Below, piece by piece: positions 35,748 through 49,058 of a stretch of DNA of 64,000 nucleotides. Under the pieces are notes generated by a model. The model was not told the DNA's origin. It made no database searches and worked only from the letters and a program-made list of their open reading frames with translations. How positions within the stretch are numbered: the first letter of the stretch is position 1; every line of letters starts with the position of its first letter. A program made the position numbers and the translations under genes. Source of the DNA: Cirrosporium novae-zelandiae (Eukaryota); the NCBI GenBank assembly GCA_026023565.1, contig JAPETS010000014.1, positions 310,001-374,000 on the forward strand, in the 5' to 3' direction.

Positions 35748-38245
35748 ATGGCTTGCACGTCTTTCATGAAATCAACAGCCTCTTGCTCTCGTCCCGATAG
35801 AAACAAGGCAATTCCCAACTTCCATGAGATCATAAAAGTCAATGATCATTAACTGTTAAACAGGAGACCAATAAATTGCGATATGACCATGTTGACCTGT
35901 CTGCAGTGGACCTCCATTGTTCTCATAACCTAGCATTTATCAAATCTCGCGACCACGAAGATAGTGATACCCACAATACGAGTCATCCAGAAAGGTTTTC
36001 GCCTGTGAAGATCATATTCTATCCAGCGACTACAAAGAGCAACATAAATCGTATAAAAGAGTCTGGCATCAAATCCAACCTAGCTAGTACGGATGATAAC
36101 CCCAGACACCTTCAAGGCACCTCTTCGGCCATACCCACAAAGCCTCAAGCCTCTCCGGTCGGAACTGATGCTGTTGATATACACAGTGGGGATGATGACA
36201 GCTTCTCTCAGTACTTTCTAGATCTTGAAGAAGATATCCTCAATTATCTAGAAAATGTAATGGGGATTGAAGCCAAGATTTTGCAGCGCTACCCAGCTGG
36301 GACAGAGACCTTTGAGAGAGACACTGGCCAGCAATATCCTTGGACATTACTTGAAGACATCAGCTTTAAATGTATGGAAAACCTGAGAAAGGTTCGAGAT
36401 GAGGTTCCATGTTTTAATATACCTAAAATACAAAAACCGGACCAAGAAAGCGAAAGCTACTGGAAAATTCCTATTGCAAGGCTCGAAGGTTTCGATACCT
36501 ACCGTATCGAAAACCTAGCCTCGATTCAAGATAGCGTTCTAAAGGTACATGTGGCTGTTATGGGAGAACTCCTTCAAAGGAGGGGGAACCAAGGAGCTGC
36601 TACCATATCATTGAAAAATGTCAACATTGACTGTATACAGAGCCACACCTTGAAAGAAGACAAAATCCTACAATCTCATGTGACAATTCGTAAAGAGCTT
36701 AGCCAACGAAACAAAAACCATTCCACTGCTCCCTTTACTCGGGTTGAAAACGACAATACTGAACGTCTAGAAAGTCTGGCCCAGGTACAAGATAAAGCAT
36801 TGCAGTCTCATTTGAATACGGTTAGGGGACTAGACCAAAGGAACGAAAAGAATTACACGATATTCTCTACACGGCTTAGAAGTAACAACATCGAACGTCT
36901 ACATGACGTAATTTTTATTAGGCACGAACAAATAAGAGGGTTTTCTTCAGAAAAGGTGGACACTCAGTCGAGCTATCAGAAGAACGATGAAAGGTATAAA
37001 GAACTTCGCGAAGAGAGCATGTCGCCTATCAAAGTAGCAAGCCTGCAGAGCAGGCGGGCCAAACAGTCTCTTGCAACCATTCAAACTACAAATGACAAGA
37101 ACAAAATCTTTCCTCCAAGCCTCGACGATGGCTCTATGCTAGACTCCTCTATCTGTCTTTCAGAATCCGACTCCACCTCCAAAAGCACCGATGAGAATCT
37201 CAGTGCCGACAATGACTTGTACCTAAATATCGGCATACTGCACGAATTTGATTTGGAAGAGGATGACTGTTTAGAAAGTTCATTCCTACCATCTAATCCA
37301 CATACCTCCATCCCGCCTCCACCGTCTAAGAAGTGCACATCTACCAAGTTGCATTCCAACACCACATCCACTGAGGAAGTAGAGAGTTCTCCCGACATCC
37401 AACCACCCCCACCGTCATCGTCACCAAGAACCACCTCAATATTTCCATCTCACAGGGAAACCTCCCTCGATACATCCACAACCTCCACCACCACCTCTTC
37501 TTCCATCCAACAGAACGAAAATATCTCAGAAATTTTTCCACAACATCTACAACCCGTTATCATCATCATCTGCAACCCCTTCAAACCCAAAGATCTTCTT
37601 GTTTCCCTCAACTCCAACACCGAGAAGCCAAAAGGGCCTCCCTGCCAATCCCGATTACAAACAGAATCATCCTCGTCCGACAACTCGAACCCTACGCCCC
37701 TCTCCACCCACAACAGCAAAGTAAGAGCCCCCTTAAAGCTTCCCATTGTATCCCCACCCACCAAGATCCGCCCACCACCCGAAGCCAACAAGCATAAGTA
37801 CTCACCCAATCCCAAACTTAACCCCAGGTATGAAACCCTCGACGCCATCATGGCAAGAATTGAGACCCTAAGCCAGAAGCTTCGTTCCGATTCTCTCCCT
37901 ACCGCAAAAGAGTACCAGTTACCTTCCGCAAACTCACCATCGCCCTCCAAGAGAAAATCGCCCTCCACATGTCTCGAAGACACGACTCTCGTGCCCTCAT
38001 CGCCACCATCACCACCATCACCGCTCACATCGCTCACATCGCCACCCACATCACCAAAACGAACATTCTCCCCCCCCTCAACCCCTCCAATCTCTCTAAC
38101 CCCAACTAAAACAACAACGACACACACTAAATACATCCCAGGATCAAATTCATACCCGAACCCAACCCCATGGTTCTACGAAATACTATTCCTATTCCCC
38201 TTTTTCATAATCTTCCTCCGCGATATGCTCTCCACCGCAGTCTGA
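35748..38245 (+). CDS. Orphan ~810-aa protein: ~43-aa internal repeats, long S/T/P-rich region, C-terminal hydrophobic anchor
   Basis: 2.37 kb stop-free ORF (35864-38245). The likely first exon starts at ATG 35748 and is joined via a GC-AG intron 35808-35863. C-terminus WFYEILFLFPFFIIFL. Confidence 0.65.
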
Positions 38246-39991
38246 TTCTAAGTCCAGGTTGGATTGTATTGTTGAACTGTATTGCTGTATAAGGGATATT
38301 TATAAGTGTGTAGGTAATGAAAGTTGATGTGGATGGATGGATTGATGGATGAAGGAAGCGGTTTCTGGACATATTCTTATATGATAGTTCCACACGGATA
38401 CACGGACACAATACATTATATGTACAGTACAACACTCCCTCCCAACTCCTAACTCCAACTCGTCAAACTCCCCCCCCCAAAAAAGAAACCATCATCATCA
38501 GCTACTCGCTTCCATTAAAAGGGAAAATGGTATTTACGGTATTTTTAAAGTAGGGGTACAGTAGGGGGGAAGTGATGTACTCGAGTATGTGGATAGGTGG
38601 ATTATTTAGTTATTTAGGTATTTGATCCTATAAACTAGTAATTATGGCACAGTATAGCTAGTTCTATACAGATATACGCACGCACAATATATTATATATA
38701 TATGTATGTATATATATACAGTACAACACCCCCTCCCAACTCCCAGCTCCCAACCCCAAATCCCTCATATAACCAAATCTCCAAATTCATCCAACGAAAA
38801 ATTAGATATATAACAAAGGCCATCATCATTATCAAAGCTGCTGCTCGCTCCTATTAAAGGGAGGGAGGGGGGAGGATAGTTAGTTAGTTTGTTAATGTTA
38901 ACATTAACGTCAATCTAGAAAAGAATAAAATGAGATAAATAAGTGAATGAATGAATTTGTATGTGCGTGTGTGTGTGAAAGATAGAAAGACGTGAATGGG
39001 TGTTTCCCATGCTATATTACCATTGCTATTTGCTATACTCTGCTCTTGGTATAGGACCAAATACCCAAATAATCCATATTCCACATATATATATCATTTC
39101 TCCTTCTTTCCTTTCTCGCCCTTCTCTTACCATATCTCAACCCCAACTCCAACCTCTACTTTGAAGGATCATTTGATATCGTCCCCCCTTCCCCCTCTCC
39201 CTCCCACACTCTTTCTCCGATATAATGCTCAGCTAGTACTGTATATATACAACATTCCTTCCCAACTCCCAACTCTTAATTTTTAATCTTTTCAACTCTC
39301 AATTTTTAACACCTAATTTTTAATTCCTAAATTCTAATTTTTTATTCTTAATTCTCAAATTTTTAATGCCTAATTTTCGACTCTCGCCTCCTAACCTCAA
39401 ATCCCGAACTCCTAGCTCCCGACTCCTATTTCCAACTCCCCAAACTTACCCAATAAAAAAAAATAGATATATAACAAAAGCCATTATCATCATTACCATT
39501 ATCATCACCATACTCGCTCCTATTAAAGTGGAAAATGATATCTTCGTAAGGGTTTGGGTTGGGAGTGGGATACGAGAAGGGGGGGAAGGGAAAAGGAAGG
39601 CAAAGGAAGGGAACGGCGAAGGGAAGGGAAGCGAAAACGATATATATGTATATGTATATGGATTATTTAGTTATTAAGTCCTATACCAATACCGATACCA
39701 GAGTATAAGCTTAGCCTGGCACAGCACAAGAACCCCGTCCTCCCCATTCCCGCTTCCTCATCCATCCATCCATCTCTCCTTCACACACACCTGCCAAAAA
39801 AATTCATTCATCTCATCCTAGCTTTCCCCAAATTACTATCAACATTAACATCAACATTACCAATATTTGCATCAACATTAACATCAATATTAACATTAAC
39901 ATTAACAAACTACTCCCCCCCTTTCTCCCACCCCTCCTTCCCTCTGATATAATATACTCAATTAGGGTCAGTGTTAGTAAAAAGCCGATTC

Positions 39992-40078
39992 CTTTTTTTT
40001 TTTTCTTCTTCTTCTTCTTCTTCTTCTTCTTCTTCTTCTTCTTCTTCTTCTTCTTCTTCTTCTTCTTCTTCTTCTTCT
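39992..40078 (+). repeat. Poly-T followed by long (TTC)n microsatellite
   Basis: Uninterrupted TTC run of ~75 nt. Confidence 0.95.
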
Positions 40079-40084
40079 CACCAT

Positions 40085-40335
40085 CAGAACCAGAACCAAG
40101 ACCACAACCAGAACCTATGGCTATAACCAGAGCCAAGGTTACAACCAGAGCCAAGATCACAACCAGAGACAAGACCACAACCAGAACCAACATCGAAACC
40201 AGAACTATGATCACCACCAGAGTCAAAGTCACAACCAGAACCAGGTTCACAACCAGAACCAGGTTCACAATCAGAAGCAAGATCGCAACCAGAATCAAGA
40301 TCGCAACCAGAACCAGGACCACAACTTCAACCAAG
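40085..40335 (+). repeat. Degenerate minisatellite built on ACCAGA hexamers (~18-nt period, e.g. ACAACCAGAACCAGGTTC)
   Basis: Repeated CAACCAGA(A/G)CCA(A/G)G units visible directly. Confidence 0.85.
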
Positions 40336-40975
40336 ATTATTATTATCACGACCCCGACTAAGGACATGACCATAACCACGGCTGAGGTGATTGATGGGCC
40401 CGTAATATACAATTAGGTTAATACATAAGACGATAGATATAGATGATAGATGATAGATATAAATATAAATCCAATATAAATAAGATACAAAATAGATACA
40501 ATACAGTACAGACGTGAATATATACCTAACTTATTACCTATAGCTTATAGCTATAGATAATAAACATAGATCAACACAAAATAAATAGATAACAATATAG
40601 ACGTAGATATATATAACATATAACGTAAATTCCCTAGTCTACAGTTAATCAACTAATTACTATTACAGAATGCCAAGCCACATGATTACACGTGACATCA
40701 TGTGATATGACCTACTGTATACTTAGAACCTCAAGTCATTAACTGATATACTACAAATAGAATCTACACCAAGTTATATTCTACACCTTAGATAAGAGAG
40801 CCCTCACTGAGCCTATATACAGTATCTCCAAGCAAACGTAACAAACCAAAACTGTTATTGCGTATATATCTATATATTTTTTTATTAATATTTTTTTGAT
40901 TGTATGTATGTATGTATGTATAGCGTGTGTTTGTTAGAAGAACGCTTGGGAAAAAATTCTGATTAATTAATTAAC

Positions 40976-41117
40976 TGAGTTTGCAACTGAGGGCCCTGAC
41001 TGACTGAGCTCCTGACCGAGCTTGCCACTGAGGCATTGCACTGAGGTCCTAAACTGGGCCTCAGTTACAAGCTCAGTCGAAAAGCTCAGTCAGTCACAAC
41101 GCTCAGTCGCAAACTCA
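40976..41117. repeat. Imperfect inverted repeat (~60-nt arms, ~23-nt loop) made of CTGAG/CTCAG sub-repeats
   Basis: Left arm TGAGTTTGCAACTGAG..TGACTGACTGAGCT..GAGCTTGCCACTGAGGC (40976-41034) is near-complementary to the right arm 41058-41117. Confidence 0.85.
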
Positions 41118-42667
41118 ACTAGAGGCCCTGACCGAGCGAGCGAGCTTCTGACCGAAGTTTCTACTGAGGCTTCTACCGAGACCCTGACTCAGGCTCCTCC
41201 TCCTGAGCTTGTATCTGAGGACTTGCATCTAAAAATTTACAACTAAGACTAGCACCTAAGATTCCTCCTAAACCTACATTAAATATTTCCCTAAACCTTA
41301 TATAAAATATGTGAATTAAAAACTCTAATTAATCTATTACTTTGTATTATTTTTTAAAAAAAAAAAAAAAAAATTATTGTAATTAATTAATAATAGGAAA
41401 ATGGTTGGTGAAGAAGAAAAAGGCATAAGATACAAGAAGTTGGATTTTTTTTTTGGTGGGTGGAACAACTAAACTCGAGGTCAACTTGTGTTATAAGATA
41501 TAATAGTATAGGACGCGGATATATATATATAAATAAATGATAGAGATATATATATATGAGGGGTATACATAAACAACAACACCAATAATAATAATCCCTC
41601 CTAACCAACCCATCAACCACCCACTTCTCCCTTTCCTCTCTTCCTCTCTACATTATTACAATATGTAGACTATCCCTTTCCTTTCCTTTCTACACATACA
41701 CACACACATACACGTACACACAAGAAGGGCACAAGGCACAACACTCATATAATTAGAGTTAATGAAATATAGATATAAATCAATCAATCAATCAGTTCAA
41801 TTGACATAAGATATATATATATATGAGGGCATACATAAACAACAACCAATCCCTCCAAACCACCCACCCCCCCTTCCTCTTTCCTCTACATTATTACAAC
41901 CACATAGCCTATCCCCTTTCTACACCTACACACACACAAAGCACAAGGCACACACACACTCTCGCATGAACATCTCAAAAAAGGAGCACAGGTTCCCCAT
42001 CCTATTCGGACCTTTCTTTTTATCAATCAAAAACCCCTCAAAAACTTCAAAAGTAAGTTTTACGAGGGAGAGAGAATTGACAAAAAAAAAACTACCTAAA
42101 AAAAAGATAAAAAAAACACGCTCTTCTTTCCTAGAAAAACCCTAAACTATCGCTCGTACACACTATACACAATTCCCAATCCCGCCATCTCTACCCCGCC
42201 TTTCAATACCCCTAAAGCTTTAATCCCCCTTCCCTCCCTCCCACCTCTCCAGGAAAGTAATAAAAGAAGTAGACAACTAAAAAAAAGGAATGAAAAAAAT
42301 TTGTTATTGTTCAGCAGCGTTAGCAGCGTCTGTCAGGATGGTCACCAATACTCGCTTCTCCGATGACTAAATAAAAAGAAAAAAATCGGCCGTCCTGACA
42401 ATAGAAGAATGATAACGCCAAGATTCCATCATCGTGAGTAAAAAGGGGAAATTATGGTATAAGAAACGTTTGAACAGAGAGTGACCGAGAGAACAGAAAA
42501 CTGGGTATGGTATATAGAGAATTCAAGCCAATCTCCCTCCCGAGAATGGAATTTCACCAAGTTGTTTTTACAATAAAATATGTCCGAAAACTCATCGTCT
42601 CCATCAAGGTAATGGTAATGACCTTTACCTTGTTATGATGAACAGACTATGTTCCTCTTTTTGATCC

Positions 42668-45643
42668 CTAAGGTCCTACCATCTTAGCAGTCGTGGGCCT
42701 GGTCATATCACTGATAGGTTGCTTTTGAATCTGGCTAGCATCAATGCGACCATCCTCGCTAGCACCATCCATGTCCGACTCTCCGTCTTCAGCGATCCTG
42801 GTGGGTAAATCCCCTTGGGCATATTGCTGGGACGAACGTTCGGGTGTTGTGGAGTTGCTTACTATCGACATAGAAGTGCTCGATCGGTTATGGACTAGAT
42901 CCGGCGTCGGAGGGATACTTGACATGGTATTCCGATCTGGTGAGAGCATTGCACCATCTTCCCCCATTTCACTGATATCAGTGCGGATCGATTGCGGGTG
43001 ACCATCGTCGGAAGGGGCTTGCGTTTGCATACTCTCTCGGTTGTTCCTCGACATGTCGACATCTTCGTCTTCAACTTCTTCGACGGCACTCTGGGCTAGC
43101 GAGAGGCCTTCAACGGCGGCGGCGCACTGTTCGCTTATGTTCCGGATGATATTGGCGATCGCATCGGTTTTATCTCGGAGACTTCTGTCGGCCACGTCTG
43201 ACATACTCAACTGAGAGAAGCGCTTACTTTGACGAGGACTACTATTAAAGAACCTCCTTTCCATTTCTGGAGTGATGTGCCCTCTATCGCTAATGGATCC
43301 AGAGGCAAAATCCTGTTCCTTGACCCCCCGAATGTACTTGGTCCGTGATGACCGTCTGCTTGTTGGCTTTGGGGGTTCGACGTCCAGTTCGTCCGATGCA
43401 CCGTCCTCGAATCCGGTTTCGCCGAATCCGCCGATTTCCGAGGGTTTGTTGAGATTCCGGATGATGTGCTCCATGTGGTGGGTTTGTCCTTCGATGAGAC
43501 TTCTGAGATGAACAACAACACGTTGAGCCTCGTCACGTTGTAGCATGAGAGTATTATTGGTGTGCTGTAGAGCCGAAAGGTCCTTCATGTTTCGTTTGCG
43601 TTCACGTTCGAGTTCTTCAGCAATTTCTTGTTGCAAGACAAGGGCCTCAAGAGCATCATCACGTTGCTTCTCAGTTCCAGAAAGGCGAACAGTAAGTCGA
43701 GCAGAATCGTCCTTTTGTTGATCGATGAGCTGCGATAGACGACGATTTTCCCGTTTGTGTGTCTCGATCTTGACCTTGAGGTCTTGCGTCTCTTTGGTAA
43801 GTTGCTCGGCGAATGCTTGGAATTTGAGAAACTAAACTTGGTTAGCTGCGTATTCAAATCAGAGGTTACTGATGCTACCTGTTGTTTCCAGCTTTCAAGT
43901 TCATCAACAAGGAAGTTGTTTCTCTTGGTGACCTTGGTCAATTCGGTGTCCATTCTCCCTTTGAGATTGATAAAGTCTTGCCATGCTTCAAGAGCATCCC
44001 TAGAGTATTGATTCCGCTCGCGAACGATTTCGTTAAGATGTCTCATCGAGACCTTGGTCATCAGAGGTTTCTTGGTAGATCCTCCGAAGATGGCCTTCAT
44101 GCCAGTATTGCGGCCCTAATTTATTCTCAGCCTTGTAAACAGACCACCAGGAGAACAACACTTACTAATTTCTCGCAAACGTGATCCATGACAGCCATGA
44201 CGCCGTCTTGGTTCCACCAGGATGGATCCTGGATACTCTCAACCTCGCCCTTCATCACAATGATTTGACCGGCTGGGATGAGCTTTCCTCCCCCATAGGC
44301 AGACCGGAGATGCTGTGGTACGCCAGATGGAGCCACATCTCCATTAAGAGCTTGTGTCATGCGGTTGATCATCTTGTTTCGTTGTCCAGGAGTCAAGGCC
44401 GTTGGTGGATCGTTGGTCAAAACAAAGTTTCGATCCAAGTCGATAACAAGAGCATCCGACGGAGCTGTAAAAAGAGAGCGACACTCTGCAGTGACGCCTA
44501 GAATATAAGGACCGGGTTCTTGAACCAACTCCTTGACATGGCGAGCATGGACAACTGGGACATAAAGTCCGCTCCATTCATAAACGCGAACGAAGAACCG
44601 AACAGTCTCGGCAGCAACCGTAAGCATTGCTGCGTGCTGCGTTACAAAGATGATACGGCGAGTTGGAGACACTGCTGCTTCAACAACGCCCACTATATTG
44701 GGAATCGAAAGACAGGTGAACAAAGGCCACATGGCAAAGTTCTGGAAACCAGTTGGGGATGAAGGGAATTGATAACACAAAGCATAATCCTTCATATCAA
44801 TTCGGACCAAATCATTCAACCTTGGAGCTGGAAAGCTTAGAATTCGCGACACCTCTTCAGCATGAAACAGGTTGGTTGCCTTATTCCAGTGGATCCACAT
44901 TCCACGCAGGTAATCACCAAGAAGGTTGTACAGAGGGTATCTAGAAAGGAAACACAAGCAGTATGGAATCCAATATGTCTCGCTTGTGGTATCATAGAAA
45001 TCGGTTTCGGTTCGTTTTCGCAGATCGCGAATGGTTTCGGCACGTTTCTCATCGGCTCGGGACCACACTCGAAGTGCAATACCGTACAAAGTATGAGAAG
45101 AGTCCTGCTGAAGAACAAAAGAGTGATGGACGCAATGAGGTTGTGTTTTGCCGGTGCAGATTTCCACATCGTGGGGAAAGGAGGCCTGCAATTAAAGATT
45201 AATACTAGTTCTTTTATTCCCAGATGGTAGTAAATATTAAACTAGAACCTAAAACTTACCCTCATTGCTGAATGAAGAGCTCTCGCAATATCATTGTCTT
45301 GCTCCAACCGTGGACTGCTTCCCAAGATTTCAGGCAACCAAAACTGGCTTACTGCCCCTTTCATGTGTCCGATTTTACCTTGTACTGGAGCTGGTGCTTT
45401 AACCCATTGTGATGGTTCTCTTCCCACTCCGCAAACCATATAGGCATGTGTAAGAGTTTTTGGCGATCGTTGCGATGGCTGTTTCATGGTCAATGTTGAG
45501 GGAATGGGTTGGGTAATCCGGGAATGAAGAGATGAGGTGCGACTGGGAATCATCAGAGCCTCGCCCTGATCCCTTGTCTGAGGCCTGTCCCTGGTGGCAG
45601 GACGCAGCATCGAGTTTGAATGATCTCGAATAGATGGAGGCAT
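42668..45643 (-). CDS. DENN-domain protein with C-terminal coiled coil (putative Rab GEF), 4 exons
   Basis: MPPSIRD.. start at 45643; intron 45259-45186; HHSFVLQQD..LYGIALRVW, YWIPYCLCFLSRYPLY, YVPVVHA..PGPYILGV..VIDLDRN; heptad-rich segment ~43450-44000. Confidence 0.9.
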
Positions 45644-48600
45644 TTTGATGACCTGACAGTTATAAAGCTTGGACGCTGTCAAGTTTTAGGTTTTGGTGAA
45701 TTGGGAGGTGGCCTTTTTTGGCAAAGCGATCAAAAAGTGATGAGGATAACTTTTTTGTGTTTCTGAAGAGAATGGAATTAAGTCTCTGGGTAGCTCCGTG
45801 CCTGAGACAAGGTGTTGAAAATGACAGACTTCGTGTGTTGATAAAGTGATAGGAGGCGCGACGAAATTGAAGAGACCATCAATGCCTCCAATTACCTTTT
45901 GTTTTTAACCTTCCACAACGACTCGATTGCAGAACCTACTCTTCTTCCTGGAAGAGGAGTAAATATTGGGAGGGGCACGGCAAAAGGAATGAAAGAGTGA
46001 AGTGGGCGAGAGAAAGAGAGTAAATAGAAGTGAGGAGTACCCAGTTACGAGCAGGTCAAGGTATGCGACGCTCAAGTTTGTCTCAGGAGGACTGGGGGGA
46101 TGAACAAGCAGGTAAGCAAGCAAACAGCAAGCAGTTAGTACTGAGCGAAAAGCTTAGTGGAGGGAACGGCGAAAGGTCGGATTGAGGGATGGAGGAAGGA
46201 TTGAATTGGAACTAAATGAATGCTAACTCCCAGGCACAAAAGTGACCAAGAAAATGACCGACCTGCCGATAGGAAGTGTGGGAACCACTGAGAACCACTG
46301 AGAACCACTGGACAAGAAACATGGATGAATTGAAGATGCAAAATAACTTCAACCAAGACCCGAAGTCAGGAAACTTTGGTTTTGTACCTTTGGCCCTTTT
46401 GCTTATCAGGTTAAAGCATCCCACAATCTCTGTTGATAATTATTCCTTTCCGGGGACTGGGATCTTTTTGAGTATTTTTTACGAAGCCATCTACTTGGTT
46501 CTACTTTCCACCAGGATTTACCTTAAAGCATTAACAAACTATGTTTTGAAAGTTTTGATGTGACATTCAACGCCTGAGGTATCTTTTTTGTTTGTTGGTA
46601 GTGACGAGGTCAACTAAGCCAAGAGCACATAATGCACACTGATAAACAACTCGGAGCATGTTAATGAGTACAGTAGTACAGTACAGGGGTTACGAGGTGG
46701 TTAAACTTGTGGGCTGCCTCGTGGAAGACTAGGCTACACCTGCACTATGCACGGCCTGATAAGACTGGGATTAAGAGGGGTCACCTTGGGACTCTTTGGG
46801 CCGAAGCTTCCTCTTTCCATGTTGCTCTAAGCAAAAAGAGGGGAAAAAAGGGAAAAAAGGGAAAAAAAGGAAAAAAGGTACTTCTCCTCCAATGATCATT
46901 CTGTCACTTTCTGTTCAGGGGTATAATCAATAATCAATAATTAGCAGTAGATTATAGCCGACTGACCTAATCCTGACATGGTTGCTTCAGATATTCGCTT
47001 ATCCTACTTTGGTCCAGGAAAAAGATGTCCGAATCTATTAATTGCAGTAGAATAGATTATTAGAACAATCCTCTCTTCTTTTTGCCTACTACGTAACTAC
47101 TGCTTAGTCGTTCATACGAGTCAAGTCAAAGAACTGTCTTCCGAGAACATTCGACTTGTTTGCTAGATTCTGAGTTGTTTGCCACATAACTACTCAGTGC
47201 AAGTACAGTACAATAACAATTTATCTGATGAGCACTACCTTGGTAGTCTAGAAAACTATCAAGCCAAGTAGTTAATTGTTGATCGACAAAGACGCAATTT
47301 CGGTTCCCCAATTCTCCAGCAACGTTTGGTGCGCTGTGCACAAATCTTGATGGACTTTAATCTTTTGATTTTTTCTTCCAAATTTCACTCTAGAAGACCC
47401 TTTGAAGGGTATGAGAACCATTGGCATAATAGCTTTTGAGATTTGAACGGCTGATCGGCAGTCCCGAACCAAGATCATGCATGCAGAGCAACCCAATTTC
47501 TATCTCAGCCTCACTAATCAATCTTTACTTTTATTCTCTCCGCAATATACAACCCATCATATATTCATAAGAAGATCGGATACCTGTAATTTCCTACTTC
47601 CGCGTCAGCCAAATTGATATCAAAACCCAAAAAAATCTGTGCCAAAGTGACAAGGTTAATCATTAACTCTAATATCCGTATACCCAGATTGACTATTCCA
47701 AAGTCATCTTTGCATTTTACATAATGATATCTGTTGGTAGCTTTCAAGGACTTGAAAGATCCTTGGCCTCATTTTCTAATTTGTTGGGTCATCTTGTTTT
47801 CTTTTGAAATGTTGATATAACAATCATCATTCCCACCAACGGTAACTCTACAGCAACAACCTGTGGCTGATCACTTTATCGTCTTATTTTTGCATATGCT
47901 TTCTTCCACTTGAACCCAAAATATATCCCGAGGACGCACAATTCTATCATTTGAAATTATGCACCTTCCCGATATGAAGATACCTTCCTTCATCACTCAC
48001 CTTATTAGATGTTGATTCATATAGATTTTATTCCCGCTCTGCAGATGGCTGTTGATGTTGTCCACTGAAAACTTCAATCTTGCATGTATCAAACAAATTG
48101 ACCACTAGCCTCATAGGGTTGCCACCTGATTTCAACGTAAAGGGAAAAAATTTCCATGAAAACAAAAGGGCAAGTAAACAACAATGCAAGGTAATGCCCT
48201 ATCGGTATCCGAATAGACGCCACCCTCATGAAATATGCATCATCGGCCTTTGGGGTTTCGGAATTCGATCTTCACTAGCATTTGGAACCCGATTCCAACT
48301 ATACAAGATCATCTAATCAATGCCGGATGCCGTTGGCTATGCGAAGTGGATATATTACTTTATGTCTTTGGATAAAACCTCGTCTCCATACTTGATTTGT
48401 ACAGTACAATTTACAAGATTGCATATATTTTTTGGGCTGCAGTGACACTTATCCATGAGTTCAGAGGTTGAAACTTCACTACCTAGGTGCTCTAGATGGG
48501 GTACATGCTTGAATAAGATTGGACTTGTAAAGCTTCTAAACCCTTGATCACCGGTGTGCGGCTAATTTTGCTTGATGAAATACTTTCAAAAGTATTGCAC

Positions 48601-49058
48601 ATGTAATTTATGATATAGTGAGCAGGTCACCTGTATATATTGACCAACATATGATGCAATATTTTTGATCCACTCCCCAGCCAACAGTGAGGCTTTGAAG
48701 TTTGTGTTCCCGATATGCATGTATGATGTGCTTCATTTTCAAACCCAACTTCATCCAACCATTTCGTAGAATCTTGTCACTAGCGTCTTCTTATCGATAA
48801 GACCCAGGCTGAATTGTGAAGCTACCTTTTCAAAAAAGTTTATCCAAATGCACCTTACGACCACTAGAATCAACAAATTCCAGCATCACTGACCACAATT
48901 ATCTCCAACAATCAATAATCTCTACAATTAACAAGCTCAATTTATTATCTCTACTCGATTAATAATATACTGAATATTTTCTGCACCCACAACTAATCTC
49001 TTTGTAACACCTTTACTCAATCGCAAACTTTTATCGAACTCACGGAGCTCCAGTGAAA

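Noticed and set aside
37081..38136. Antisense ORFs of 117 and 228 aa
   Set aside because: Shadow frames of the S/T/P-rich plus-strand gene.
39813..40416. 199-aa hydrophobic/poly-Lys ORF and its antisense 99-aa ORF
   Set aside because: Fully explained by the (TTC)n tract and the ACCAGA minisatellite. No domain and no credible gene context.
40085..41230. Possible CRISPR-like repeat/spacer array
   Set aside because: Eukaryotic DNA. The repeats are degenerate and lack unique, regular-length spacers.
47500..48350. Medium-complexity stretch that could be another decayed gene
   Set aside because: I could not identify any protein motif in manual translation, so there is no supportable call.
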